Under the pieces are notes generated by a model. The model did not search any database, was not told the origin of the DNA, and was given only the letters and a program-made list of their open reading frames with translations. From Myxococcales bacterium (lineage in GTDB: Bacteria; Myxococcota; Myxococcia; Myxococcales; Anaeromyxobacteraceae), in the NCBI GenBank assembly GCA_038320275.1, contig JBBQEB010000049.1, positions 1 to 24,006 on the forward strand: a stretch of 24,006 bases of DNA, written 5' to 3'. Shown piece after piece: positions 1-9,194 of the stretch. The position numbers and the translations under genes were made by a program. Each line of letters opens with the position of its first letter. Positions within the stretch are counted from its first letter, which is position 1.

Positions 1-644
<644 letters not shown>

Positions 645-648
<4 letters not shown>

Positions 649-1682
649 GCATCTTCGTCGACGAGACCACCCGCCTGCTGGTGCAGGGCATCACCGGCTC
701 GGCCGGCAGCTTCCACGCGGAGCAGATGCTGGCCTATGGCACGAAGCTCGTGGCCGGGGTCACCCCGGGCCGGGGCGGGACCAAGTTCCAGAGCGAGGTG
801 CCGATCTTCCACTCGGTGCGCCGCGCGGTGCGCGAGACCGGCGCCAACGCCGCCTGCATCTTCGTGCCCCCGCCGTTCGCCGCGGACGCCATCATCGAGG
901 CGGCCGAGGCAGGCGTCGCGCTCGTCGTCTGCATCACGGAGGGCATTCCCATCATCGACATGGTGCGGGTGCGCAGGTACCTGCTCGGCACACCCGCCAC
1001 GCGGCTCCTGGGGCCCAACTGCCCGGGCGTCATCACCCCCGGCGCCTGCAAGATCGGCATCATGCCTGGGCACATCCACAAGCCGGGGCGCATCGGCGTC
1101 GTCTCGCGCTCGGGGACGCTCACCTACGAGGCGGTCCACCAGCTCACCCAGCTCGGCCTCGGCCAGTCCACCGCCGTGGGCATCGGCGGCGACCCGGTGC
1201 ACGGGACGGACTTCGTCGACTGCCTCTCGCGCTTCGAGGCGGATGAGGGCACCGACGCGGTCATCATGATCGGTGAGATCGGCGGCTCCGAGGAGGAGCG
1301 CGGCGCCGCCTACGCGAAGGAGCACATGACGAAGCCCCTGGTGGGCTTCATCGCCGGACGCACCGCTCCCCCCGGCAAGCGCATGGGCCACGCAGGTGCC
1401 GTCATCTCCGGCGGCACCGGGACGGCCGAGGCGAAGCTCGAGGCGATGCACGAGGCCGGATTCGCGGTCTGCGAGGGGCCGCACCTGCTCGGGCAGACCA
1501 TGAAGGAGCTCCTCGCGCGGCCCCGAGTGCGGGCCAAGGCGGCGAGGACCGCGCGCCCGCGGCCCGCAGCGGAGGAAGGCGAGAAGGCCGGAGCGCGCGA
1601 GGCAGAGCCGAAGCCCGCAGCCGCGCCCGGCGTCCGTCCGAAGGGGAAGGGCAGCAGGGTTTCAAGAACCGCCCGCCGCTGA
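645..1682 (+). CDS. sucD: Succinyl-CoA synthetase alpha subunit with a ~54-aa basic low-complexity C-terminal tail
   Basis: GTG start overlapping the sucC stop (GTGA); [39 protein letters not shown] (phospho-His). Confidence 0.97.
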
Positions 1683-1744
1683 GGCGGCGGAGCGAGACCC
1701 CATCACCCGAGCCGCCCGGAGACCCGGGCGCAGGAGACATCGCC

Positions 1745-2188
1745 ATGGCCACGGAACGCACGCTTTCCATCATCAAGCCGGACGGAGTGGAGAAGGGCAT
1801 CGTCGGGAAGGTCATCGCCCGGTTCGAGGCGCAGGGCCTCAAGCCGGTCGCCATCCGCATGGCGAGGCTGTCCCAGCTCGAGGCGGAGGGCTTCTACGCG
1901 GTCCATCGCGCGCGGCCGTTCTTCTCCGACCTGGTGAAGTTCATGACGAGTGGTCCGGTGGTCCTCATGGTGCTGGAGGGGGACGGCGCCATCGCGAAGA
2001 ACCGCGAGGTGATGGGCGCGACCGACCCGAGGAAGGCTGCCGAGGGGACCCTGCGAAAAGACTTCGCGACCGACATCGAGAAGAACACCGTCCACGGCTC
2101 CGACAGCCCCGAGAACGCCAGGATCGAGATCGCCTACTTCTTCCCCGAGACGGCCATCGCCTCCTACGAGTGGAAGGACCGTCGGTAG
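1745..2188 (+). CDS. ndk: Nucleoside diphosphate kinase
   Basis: [31 protein letters not shown] catalytic His motif; AGGAG RBS upstream. Confidence 0.98.
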   Translation: MATERTLSIIKPDGVEKGIVGKVIARFEAQGLKPVAIRMARLSQLEAEGFYAVHRARPFFSDLVKFMTSGPVVLMVLEGDGAIAKNREVMGATDPRKAAEGTLRKDFATDIEKNTVHGSDSPENARIEIAYFFPETAIASYEWKDRR

Positions 2189-2272
2189 ACAAGCCCAAGC
2201 GTTTGCTCTGCTTTTCGGGGACCTCCCGCCCGGGGGAGGCCCGCGGCTTCCCTCTGGGTTAGACTCCTCGTC

Positions 2273-2300
2273 GACCCGTCCAGTCCAGGACGGGTTTTTT
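2273..2300 (+). terminator. Intrinsic terminator-like hairpin after ndk
   Basis: Stem ACCCGTCC (2274-2281) / GGACGGGT (2288-2295), 6-nt loop, T run to 2300. Confidence 0.7.
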
Positions 2301-2319
2301 CGTCGGGGGGAGGAGCCGC

Positions 2320-3726
2320 GTGGCAGGGGTGTCGACATGGGAGCTCGTGGTCGGCGTCCTCTTCATCGTGGGCTCTGCCTTCTTCTCCGGGACGGAGACG
2401 GCGCTCACCGCTCTCGGCGAGGCGCGCGCGCGGCAACTGGTGGACGCTGGCGGTCGCCGCTCCAAGCTCCTCGGGATCTGGGTCGCGAGCCCGGAGCGCG
2501 TCCTCTCCACGCTCCTCATCGGCAACACCCTCGTGAACATCGGGGCCGGCGCGCTGGCCGGTCAGATGGCGCACGAGCTCGCCCAGGCGCATGGCTGGCC
2601 ACACGGGACGGTCCTCGCCGCCGCCACCGCGCTCGCCACCTGCTCCATCCTGTTCCTGGGGGAGATCATCCCCAAGACGTTCGCGAAGCGCCATTCGGTC
2701 GAGGCCGCGCTCTGGGCCATCCCCGCGGTAAAGCTCCTCTACTACTTGCTCTGGCCGCTCACGAGCGGACTCGGCCGCGCCACCAACGCCATCGTCTCCG
2801 CCTTCGGCGGCGGCCGCACGCCCACGCCGGCCGTCACCAGCGCCGAGATCGAGTACCTCATCGAGATGGGCACGCGCGAGGGCGTGCTCGACGAGGTGAA
2901 GGAGGAGCTCCTCAACAGCGTGCTCGAGTTCGCCGACCGGGTGGTGCGCGAGGTGATGGTTCCGCGCACGCGCATGGTGGCCATCGACCGCGATGCGCCG
3001 CCGGAGGAGATCCTGCGAATCGTGACCGAGAACCCGTTCAGCCGCATGCCGGTCTACCGCGACTCCATCGACAGCGTCGCCGGGGTCCTCCTGGTGCGCG
3101 ACATCGTCCCCGAGCTGGCCAGGGGCACGAAGGGGGTGCTGGCGGCACTCGACCGGCACCTCAAGCCGGCCTTCTTCGTGCCCGAAGGCATGAAGATCTC
3201 GCGCCTCCTGAAGGAGATGCAGAAGCGCAAGACGCACCTTGCCATCGTGGTGGACGAGTTCGGCGGAACGAGCGGGCTCGCCACGCTGGAGGACGTCATC
3301 GAGGAGATCGTCGGGGAGATCCAGGACGAGGGGGACGTCGAGGCGGCGCCAGTGCGGGAGGTCTCGCCGGGCGTCTACCTGGCCGACGCCAGCGTCCCGC
3401 TCCGCGAGCTGGAGGAGTTCCTCGACGAGCGGGCCGAGGAGCGCGGCGACGAGCCCGACCGCAGCGTCCGCTTTCCGGAAGGGGGCGATTACGAGACGCT
3501 CGGCGGCTTCGTGACCGCGACCGCGGGCCGGGTGCCGGCGGTGGGCTCGCTCCTCGCGTGGGACGACCTCACCTTGACGGTCCGGGCCGGAGACGAACGC
3601 CGCGTGACCCGGGTGGAGATCGCTCGCCGTGGCGAGAGCGCGCCGAAGGAGGGCGCGGAGGGACGCGCCGACAGCGCCGGAGGCCGGGGCGAGGAGCGCA
3701 GCCTGGCCGCCGGGGGCCGCACTTGA
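2320..3726 (+). CDS. HlyC/CorC (CNNM/DUF21 + CBS pair + CorC_HlyC) family membrane protein, putative Mg2+/Co2+ homeostasis
   Basis: SAFFSGTETALTAL, LLIGNTLVNI, GEIIPK, VREVMVPRTRM, FSRMPVY, AIVVDEFGGTSGLATLEDVIEEIVGEIQDE, YETLGG; GAGGAG RBS before GTG. Confidence 0.93.
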   Translation: MAGVSTWELVVGVLFIVGSAFFSGTETALTALGEARARQLVDAGGRRSKLLGIWVASPERVLSTLLIGNTLVNIGAGALAGQMAHELAQAHGWPHGTVLAAATALATCSILFLGEIIPKTFAKRHSVEAALWAIPAVKLLYYLLWPLTSGLGRATNAIVSAFGGGRTPTPAVTSAEIEYLIEMGTREGVLDEVKEELLNSVLEFADRVVREVMVPRTRMVAIDRDAPPEEILRIVTENPFSRMPVYRDSIDSVAGVLLVRDIVPELARGTKGVLAALDRHLKPAFFVPEGMKISRLLKEMQKRKTHLAIVVDEFGGTSGLATLEDVIEEIVGEIQDEGDVEAAPVREVSPGVYLADASVPLRELEEFLDERAEERGDEPDRSVRFPEGGDYETLGGFVTATAGRVPAVGSLLAWDDLTLTVRAGDERRVTRVEIARRGESAPKEGAEGRADSAGGRGEERSLAAGGRT

Positions 3727-4907
3727 TGGAGAGCCGGGCGAGCGAGAGGCCGGACCTGCGGGCCTTCCCGCGGGCGCGGCTGGCGGAGGCCCTCGCGGGG
3801 ATGGGCGAGAAGCCCTACCGCGCGCGGCAGCTCTTCCGCTGGCTCCACCGCGCGGGCGCCGCCTCCTTCGAGGAGATGACGGATCTGCCCGCGGCGCTAC
3901 GGGCCCGGCTCGCCGACCGGTTCGAGCTCCGGACGCTCGCGATGGCGGCGGAGCAGCGGTCGCGGGACGGCACCATCAAGTGGACCTGGCGCACCGCCGA
4001 CGGCCGGCTGATCGAATCGGTCTACATGCCGCGCACGTCCGGCGAGGACGGTGAGGGCGAGGAGGAGGCTCCTCGCGGGCGCGATCGCCGGACGCTCTGC
4101 GTGTCGTCGCAGGTCGGGTGCGCCATCGGCTGCACCTTCTGCATGACCGGCACCATGGGGCTTTCGCGGAGTCTCGGTCCGGGGGAGATCGCCGACCAGG
4201 TGCACCGCGCCAACCGGCGGCTGGTGGAGCTGGGGGAGGGGCCGGCGCCGCGGCCGCTCACGAACCTCGTGTTCATGGGCATGGGCGAGCCGCTCCACAA
4301 CTTCGAGGGGCTGAAGCTCGCGCTCGAGCTACTCCTGGACGAGGAGGGGCCGAACTTCTCCCACCGGCACGTGACCGTCTCCACCTCCGGCCTCGTCCCG
4401 CAGATCCGGCGGCTGGGCGAGGAGACCGGAGTGAAGCTCGCCGTCTCGCTCAACGCCACCACCGACGCGCAGCGCAGCCTCCTCATGCCCATCAACCGGC
4501 GCTACCCGCTCGCGGAGCTGCTCGCGGCCTGCCGCGACTTTCCCATGAAGCAGGGCCGCCGCATCACCTTCGAATACGTGCTCCTGCGGGGCGTGAACGA
4601 CGCCGACGACGATGCGCGCCGCCTGGTGGCGCTGCTCGCGGGCATCCCCGCCAAGGTGAACCTCATCCCTTACAACGAGAATCCGGGGCTCGGCTTCGGC
4701 GCGCCCGACCCCGCGCGCGTGGAGGCCTTCAGGGAAGAGCTCGCCTCGCGCAACCTCACCGCCGTGGTTCGCAAGAACCGGGGAGCCGACATCGCCGCCG
4801 CCTGTGGGCAGCTCGCCGCGGAGGGCGGGCGGGGGGATCCCAGGCGGCGCGCGGGGCCGGCGCTTCGTCTCGGCGCCGCGCTCGCGGGCCCGCCGCGTTC
4901 CTGCTAG
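3726..4907 (+). CDS. rlmN: Dual-specificity rRNA/tRNA m2A methyltransferase RlmN (radical SAM)
   Basis: ATG in TGATG overlap; CVSSQVGCAIGCTFC, VFMGMGEP, VSTSG, ITFEYV, VNLIPYN, DIAAACGQL. Confidence 0.96.
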   Translation: MESRASERPDLRAFPRARLAEALAGMGEKPYRARQLFRWLHRAGAASFEEMTDLPAALRARLADRFELRTLAMAAEQRSRDGTIKWTWRTADGRLIESVYMPRTSGEDGEGEEEAPRGRDRRTLCVSSQVGCAIGCTFCMTGTMGLSRSLGPGEIADQVHRANRRLVELGEGPAPRPLTNLVFMGMGEPLHNFEGLKLALELLLDEEGPNFSHRHVTVSTSGLVPQIRRLGEETGVKLAVSLNATTDAQRSLLMPINRRYPLAELLAACRDFPMKQGRRITFEYVLLRGVNDADDDARRLVALLAGIPAKVNLIPYNENPGLGFGAPDPARVEAFREELASRNLTAVVRKNRGADIAAACGQLAAEGGRGDPRRRAGPALRLGAALAGPPRSC

Positions 4908-4917
4908 AGAGCCCCGC

Positions 4918-5850
4918 ATGCCCCTGCTCGTGGTCGGCTCGATCGCGCTCGACTCCGTGGAAACACCCTTCGGCCGCCGCGAGGAGGTGCTGGGCGGCTC
5001 CGCCACCTACTTCTCCGCCGCCGCGAGCTTCTTCACCCCGGTGCGTATCGTCGCCACGGTGGGGGAGGACTTCCCGGACGAGCACGTGCGCTTCCTCGCC
5101 GCGCGCGGGATCGACCTCGCCGGGCTGGAGCGCCGCCCCGGCCGGACCTTCCGCTGGAAGGGGCGGTACGAGGGCAACCTCGACCAGGCTCAGACGCTCG
5201 ACACGCAGCTCAACGTCTTCGCCGACTTCCGCCCCCGGCTGCCGGAGGCCGCGCGCGATGCCCGGTACGTGTTCCTCGGCAACATCGACCCGGAGCTGCA
5301 GCTCTCCGTGCTCGATCAGGTGAAAGCCCCGCGCTTCGTGGCCTGCGATACGATGAACTTCTGGATCGGCTCGAAGCGCGAGGCGCTGCTCCGCACGCTG
5401 CGCCGAGTGGACATGCTCTTCGTGAACGACGCCGAGGCGCGCGAGCTCGCCGGGGAGCGGAACGTCGTCAAGGCAGCGCGGCGCATCCTCGCGCTCGGGC
5501 CGCGCGCGGTGGCGGTGAAGCGCGGGGAGCACGGCGCGCTCTTCTTCGCGGGAGAGCACGTCTTCGCGGCGCCGGCCTACCCGCTCGCCTCGGTCGCCGA
5601 TCCCACCGGCGCGGGCGACTCCTTCGCCGGGGGGTTCATGGGTTACCTGGCGCGCACCGGCCGCGAGGACGCCGGGGTGCTCCGGCGCGCGATCGTGATG
5701 GGCGGCGTGCTGGCCAGCTTCGCGGTGGAGCGATTCAGCCTGGAGCGGCTGGCGACGCTCCAGCCGGAGGAGATCCGGGCCCGCTTCGCCGAGCTGGCGA
5801 GCATCACCCGCTTCGACGATCTCGAGGGCGACCTGTTCCCGGGCGCCTGA
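4918..5850 (+). CDS. PfkB/ribokinase-family carbohydrate or nucleoside kinase
   Basis: LLVVGSIALD, LGGSATY, VKRGEHGA, DPTGAGDSFAGG signature. Confidence 0.92.
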   Translation: MPLLVVGSIALDSVETPFGRREEVLGGSATYFSAAASFFTPVRIVATVGEDFPDEHVRFLAARGIDLAGLERRPGRTFRWKGRYEGNLDQAQTLDTQLNVFADFRPRLPEAARDARYVFLGNIDPELQLSVLDQVKAPRFVACDTMNFWIGSKREALLRTLRRVDMLFVNDAEARELAGERNVVKAARRILALGPRAVAVKRGEHGALFFAGEHVFAAPAYPLASVADPTGAGDSFAGGFMGYLARTGREDAGVLRRAIVMGGVLASFAVERFSLERLATLQPEEIRARFAELASITRFDDLEGDLFPGA

Positions 5851-6584
5851 TGCGCATCGCCATCCTGAGCGACGTGCACGCCAACATCGAGGCGCTCTCG
5901 CAGGTGGAGGCGGCGCTGGGGCGGCTCGGGATCGACGAGGTGGTCTGCCTGGGAGACGTGGTGGGCTACGGAGCGAGCCCGAACCCGTGCTGCGAGCGCA
6001 TCCGCGCCATCGCGTCGCTGACGCTCCTCGGCAACCACGACGCCGCGGTCGCGGGCCGCATGGACTACGGGTACTACTACGAGGCGGCGCGCCAGGCACT
6101 CGACTGGACCGCCTCGCGGCTCGACCCCGAGCACCTCGCCTGGCTGCAGTCGCTGCCGTACGCGCAGCGGTCGGACGAGGTGGGCTACAGCCACGGCTCG
6201 CCGGTGGTTCCCGACGCCTTCGAGTACGTCTTCGCTCTGCAGCAGGCGCAGGAGCTCGTGCCGCACCACGACCGCCTGGCGCAGGTCACGTTCATCGGCC
6301 ACTCCCACCTGTGCAAGGCGTTTGCCTTCGACGCGGCTGGACGGGTGGAGGACGTGTTCGCGCGCCGCATCCGGCTCGAGGACGGGCGCAAGTACGTCGT
6401 CTCGGTGGGCTCGGTCGGACAGCCGCGGGACTATGATCCCCGCGCCTGCTTCGCCACCTACGACACGGCCGCCCGCCAGGTGGAATATCACCGGGTGCCC
6501 TACGACGTGGAGTCGGCCGCGCGAAAGATCTTCGAGACGGATCTGGCGGCGAACTTCGGAAAGCGCCTGTTCCACGGGCTGTGA
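5850..6584 (+). CDS. Calcineurin-like metallophosphoesterase (YfcE/MJ0936-like)
   Basis: SDVHAN, LGDVVGYG, GNHD, HGSP, GHSH, GSVGQPRD; TGATG overlap with the upstream gene. Confidence 0.93.
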   Translation: MRIAILSDVHANIEALSQVEAALGRLGIDEVVCLGDVVGYGASPNPCCERIRAIASLTLLGNHDAAVAGRMDYGYYYEAARQALDWTASRLDPEHLAWLQSLPYAQRSDEVGYSHGSPVVPDAFEYVFALQQAQELVPHHDRLAQVTFIGHSHLCKAFAFDAAGRVEDVFARRIRLEDGRKYVVSVGSVGQPRDYDPRACFATYDTAARQVEYHRVPYDVESAARKIFETDLAANFGKRLFHGL

Positions 6585-6589
6585 ACGTG
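6510..6589 (+). repeat. 80-bp direct repeat, copy 1 (3' end and stop codon of the metallophosphoesterase gene)
   Basis: GAGTCGGCCG...GTGAACGTG, identical base for base to 6726-6805. Confidence 0.97.
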
Positions 6590-6725
6590 GGGGCCCAGCG
6601 AAGCCGGGGAGGGCGAGCCCTCCAGGCAGGGACAGCGAGCGAAGCGAGCATGGGCCCCTGCGGGCGAGGGTGGGCCCCCGACGGCTTCGCCGGCGGGGCG
6701 GGGCAGCATGCCCCGATGAGATGCC
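6590..6725. mobile_element. 136-bp hairpin-rich non-coding insert (MITE/REP-like) between the direct repeats
   Basis: Several palindromes: GGAGGGC/GCCCTCC 6608-6623, GGGGCCCA/TGGGCCCC, GCGAAGCCG/CGGCTTCGC, CGGGGCA/TGCCCCG 6699-6715; bounded by perfect repeats. Confidence 0.45.
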
Positions 6726-6805
6726 GAGTCGGCCGCGCGAAAGATCTTCGAGACGGATCTGGCGGCGAACTTCGGAAAGCGCCTGTTCCACGGGCTGTGA
6801 ACGTG
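6726..6805 (+). repeat. 80-bp direct repeat, copy 2 (non-coding duplicate)
   Basis: Identical to 6510-6589. Confidence 0.97.
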
Positions 6806-6827
6806 ATCTGATCGAGCGCACCCCCGC

Positions 6828-9068
6828 TCAGAGCACGCTGAGGTGCGTCTCCAGGCGGACCGCGGTGACGATCCCGTCCGCGTCCATGCCCCAGGCGTTC
6901 AGGGCGCCGTTGGCGAGGAGCCGTACCGGCGAGGTCAGCCCCGCATCGCCGAGCTCGCGCCCGGTGGCGGTGTCGAGCGCGAGCGTGCGCTCTCCCGGAA
7001 CGAGCGCGAGGCCGCGCGCCGCGACCGGTGCGGGCGCCCCCCGGAGACCGAGCGTGCCCTCGCGCTGTGAGGTCCAGCGCGCTTCTCCGAGGCGGTCGAG
7101 CGCGACGCAGGAGCCGACAGGGGAGGCAGCCAGGAGGAGCCCTCCCGGCAGCGCCGCCAGTCCCAGCGGTCCCGGCCCGAGCGGCGGCGCGTCCTCCCAG
7201 GCGAGCCGCCCCGCCGGGTCGGCGGCGAGCACGAGCCCGTCGCCCGCCACCGAGGCGGGGATGGCGAGGAGACCGGCGAACGAGACCGCGCCCGCGAGCG
7301 GCGTCACGTCGAGGGGCAGCTCGAACCGTCGCTGCCCGGAGGCCAGGTCGAACGCGACCAGTGAGCCCCCGATGGCGGTGGAGCACAGGACCAGGATCGC
7401 GCCACCCAGGGTGAGCGGAGAGGCCACCGCCGGGCCGGGCAGCCGCACTCTCCACGCCAGCTCGCCGGACGCCGCTGCGAGCGCGTAGAGGAAGCCGCGG
7501 TCGCTGACCACGAGCGCGAGCGGCCCGGCCTGGGAAGCGCGCAGGCGCGGGGCGCCGGGAGGCTCGAAGGTCCAGGCGGTGGCGCCGGATGGCCCGAGGG
7601 CCGCCGCCGCTCCTGGCGCCAGGAGGAGTGCGTGCCCCCCCGCGAGCGGCACGGCGTCGGCGACGCCTTCGGGCAGGCCATCCAGTGCGCGACTCCAGCG
7701 CTCCACGCCCGAGACCGCGTCGACCGCCGCGACCTCGCCCGCGCCCCCGAGGTGGACCGTCGTCCCGGCAGCGGTCGCGAAGGCCGCGGGTGGCCTGGAC
7801 CAGGCGACGCTCCCCGTTGCCGGATCGAGCCCCAGCACGCCGCGCGCGCCGGCCGCCACCAGCCGCTCCCCCGCGAGCCACAGGCCAAAACCCACCGGCT
7901 CGCCCGTGTCGGCCAGCCAGGCGCGGCGAAACGCCACGTGGCGCATCGCGCCGGGCCCGAGCGGCGCGCGCGGCAGGGCACGGGCCCGCCGGGCGCGCAC
8001 GGGCCGCGGGCGCTCCGCGAGGAGGTCGCCCGTGAGGAGCTCGCGCACCTCGCCGAGCCCCTCCGCGGAAGCGCCGCGGAGCTCCGCCAGCCAGGCATTG
8101 CTCGCCTGGGCGGGGTTCGTCCGGGTGACGGTGTCGCAGAGGTCGCGGGAAGCCTCCAGCAGGGCAGCAGCGAGGAGGAGCGGCGCGCAGGGCACCGGCG
8201 GAGCACCGCCCCACGCTGCGGTACCGCGGGCGAGGTCCGCCGCCAGCCTCACGACGGCGTTCCGCCCCGGTGCGGCCAGCTCCACCGCCGCGGTGGGCTC
8301 GCCCCGGCGCATCCCGTCCACGAGCCGCGCTGCGAAGGCCGCAAGATCGCGGAGGAGAAGGAAGGGGGGGCCGGCCACCCGCACCCGCGGCAGGTCCTCC
8401 GCCAGGCACACCTGGACCGATCCGCCGGCCAGCAGCGAGCCCAGGTCCGCGCCGGGGCCGCGGTACACGGAGAGGAGGTCCTCGGGATCCGCGAGCTCGA
8501 AGCTGCAGGAGGGCTCGCCCGAGCTTCGGCCGGCGTCGCGCCGGGCGAGCCCGGGCTCCGCGGTGGGAACCTCGAGCGGCTCGGCGCGAGCGGTGGAGAG
8601 GCGGCGCGCCAGCTCGCGCAGCTCCGCGCCCGCCTCGGCTCGTCGCTGGGCCGCCGCCAGGTCCTGGCCCAGCGAGGCCGCCGCTCCCCGGACGGCCTCC
8701 GCGAGCTCGAGGAGATCCACCTCGACGTCGCGTGCCAGCACGCGGGAAGGACGCTCCAGCGTCACCACCGTCACGAGCGCGCTCGGACCCTTGCGGCGCA
8801 GGAGCAACTCGGCACCACCGTCGCTGAAGGTGACGTGCGCCCGACCCTTGCCGCCGAGGAGGCGGAGCACCGCGCCGCAGAGATCCTGCACGGCCGGGAC
8901 GAGCGCCCCCTCGGCCCGTCCACCCGCGAGGTCCACCCCGTCGATCTCCAGCGAGAGCGCGTCCACCGCAGCGCCCTCGGCCTCGGCCGCCGCGGGACCA
9001 CCCCGAGCGAACGCTTCCCGCAGCGCGGGGCTCTCCTTCCACGTGCCGCCGAGGCGAACGCGCACCAT
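6828..9068 (-). CDS. Protein with uncharacterised N-terminal domain and C-terminal PQQ-like beta-propeller repeats (~746 aa; start inferred at MVRVRLGG)
   Basis: Repeated propeller blades: LGLDPATGSVAWS, AAVDAVSGVERWS, LYALAAASGELAWR, VAFDLASGQRRFE, LALDTATGRELG; ORF upstream of 9068 is antisense to a real gene. Confidence 0.8.
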   Translation of the reverse strand: MVRVRLGGTWKESPALREAFARGGPAAAEAEGAAVDALSLEIDGVDLAGGRAEGALVPAVQDLCGAVLRLLGGKGRAHVTFSDGGAELLLRRKGPSALVTVVTLERPSRVLARDVEVDLLELAEAVRGAAASLGQDLAAAQRRAEAGAELRELARRLSTARAEPLEVPTAEPGLARRDAGRSSGEPSCSFELADPEDLLSVYRGPGADLGSLLAGGSVQVCLAEDLPRVRVAGPPFLLLRDLAAFAARLVDGMRRGEPTAAVELAAPGRNAVVRLAADLARGTAAWGGAPPVPCAPLLLAAALLEASRDLCDTVTRTNPAQASNAWLAELRGASAEGLGEVRELLTGDLLAERPRPVRARRARALPRAPLGPGAMRHVAFRRAWLADTGEPVGFGLWLAGERLVAAGARGVLGLDPATGSVAWSRPPAAFATAAGTTVHLGGAGEVAAVDAVSGVERWSRALDGLPEGVADAVPLAGGHALLLAPGAAAALGPSGATAWTFEPPGAPRLRASQAGPLALVVSDRGFLYALAAASGELAWRVRLPGPAVASPLTLGGAILVLCSTAIGGSLVAFDLASGQRRFELPLDVTPLAGAVSFAGLLAIPASVAGDGLVLAADPAGRLAWEDAPPLGPGPLGLAALPGGLLLAASPVGSCVALDRLGEARWTSQREGTLGLRGAPAPVAARGLALVPGERTLALDTATGRELGDAGLTSPVRLLANGALNAWGMDADGIVTAVRLETHLSVL

Positions 9069-9108
9069 TGCGGGGGTGACATGCGGCGGGGCGGAGGGTG
9101 TTTCAACG

Positions 9109-9137
9109 TTGACAGGCGAGGGGGCGGGCTCCATAAC
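9109..9137 (+). promoter_or_regulatory. Putative sigma70 promoter of the HARE-HTH gene
   Basis: TTGACA (9109-9114), 17-bp spacer, CATAAC (9132-9137). Confidence 0.55.
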
Positions 9138-9194
9138 CGAGACTTCAGGCAAGATGCCGCGAGGCCTACGCTTTTTGATGATCCAAGGGAACGA

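Noticed and set aside
6713..6765. Hammerhead-like CCGATGAG...CGAAA across the insert/repeat junction
   Set aside because: Core is CCGAUGA rather than CUGANGA, stem II is poorly formed, the cleavage triplet would end in G, and half the motif is duplicated coding sequence.
6510..6805. Diversity-generating retroelement VR/TR pair or a CRISPR mini-array
   Set aside because: The copies are identical with no adenine-specific mismatches, no RT or cas gene is present, there are only two copies, and the repeat is ordinary coding sequence.
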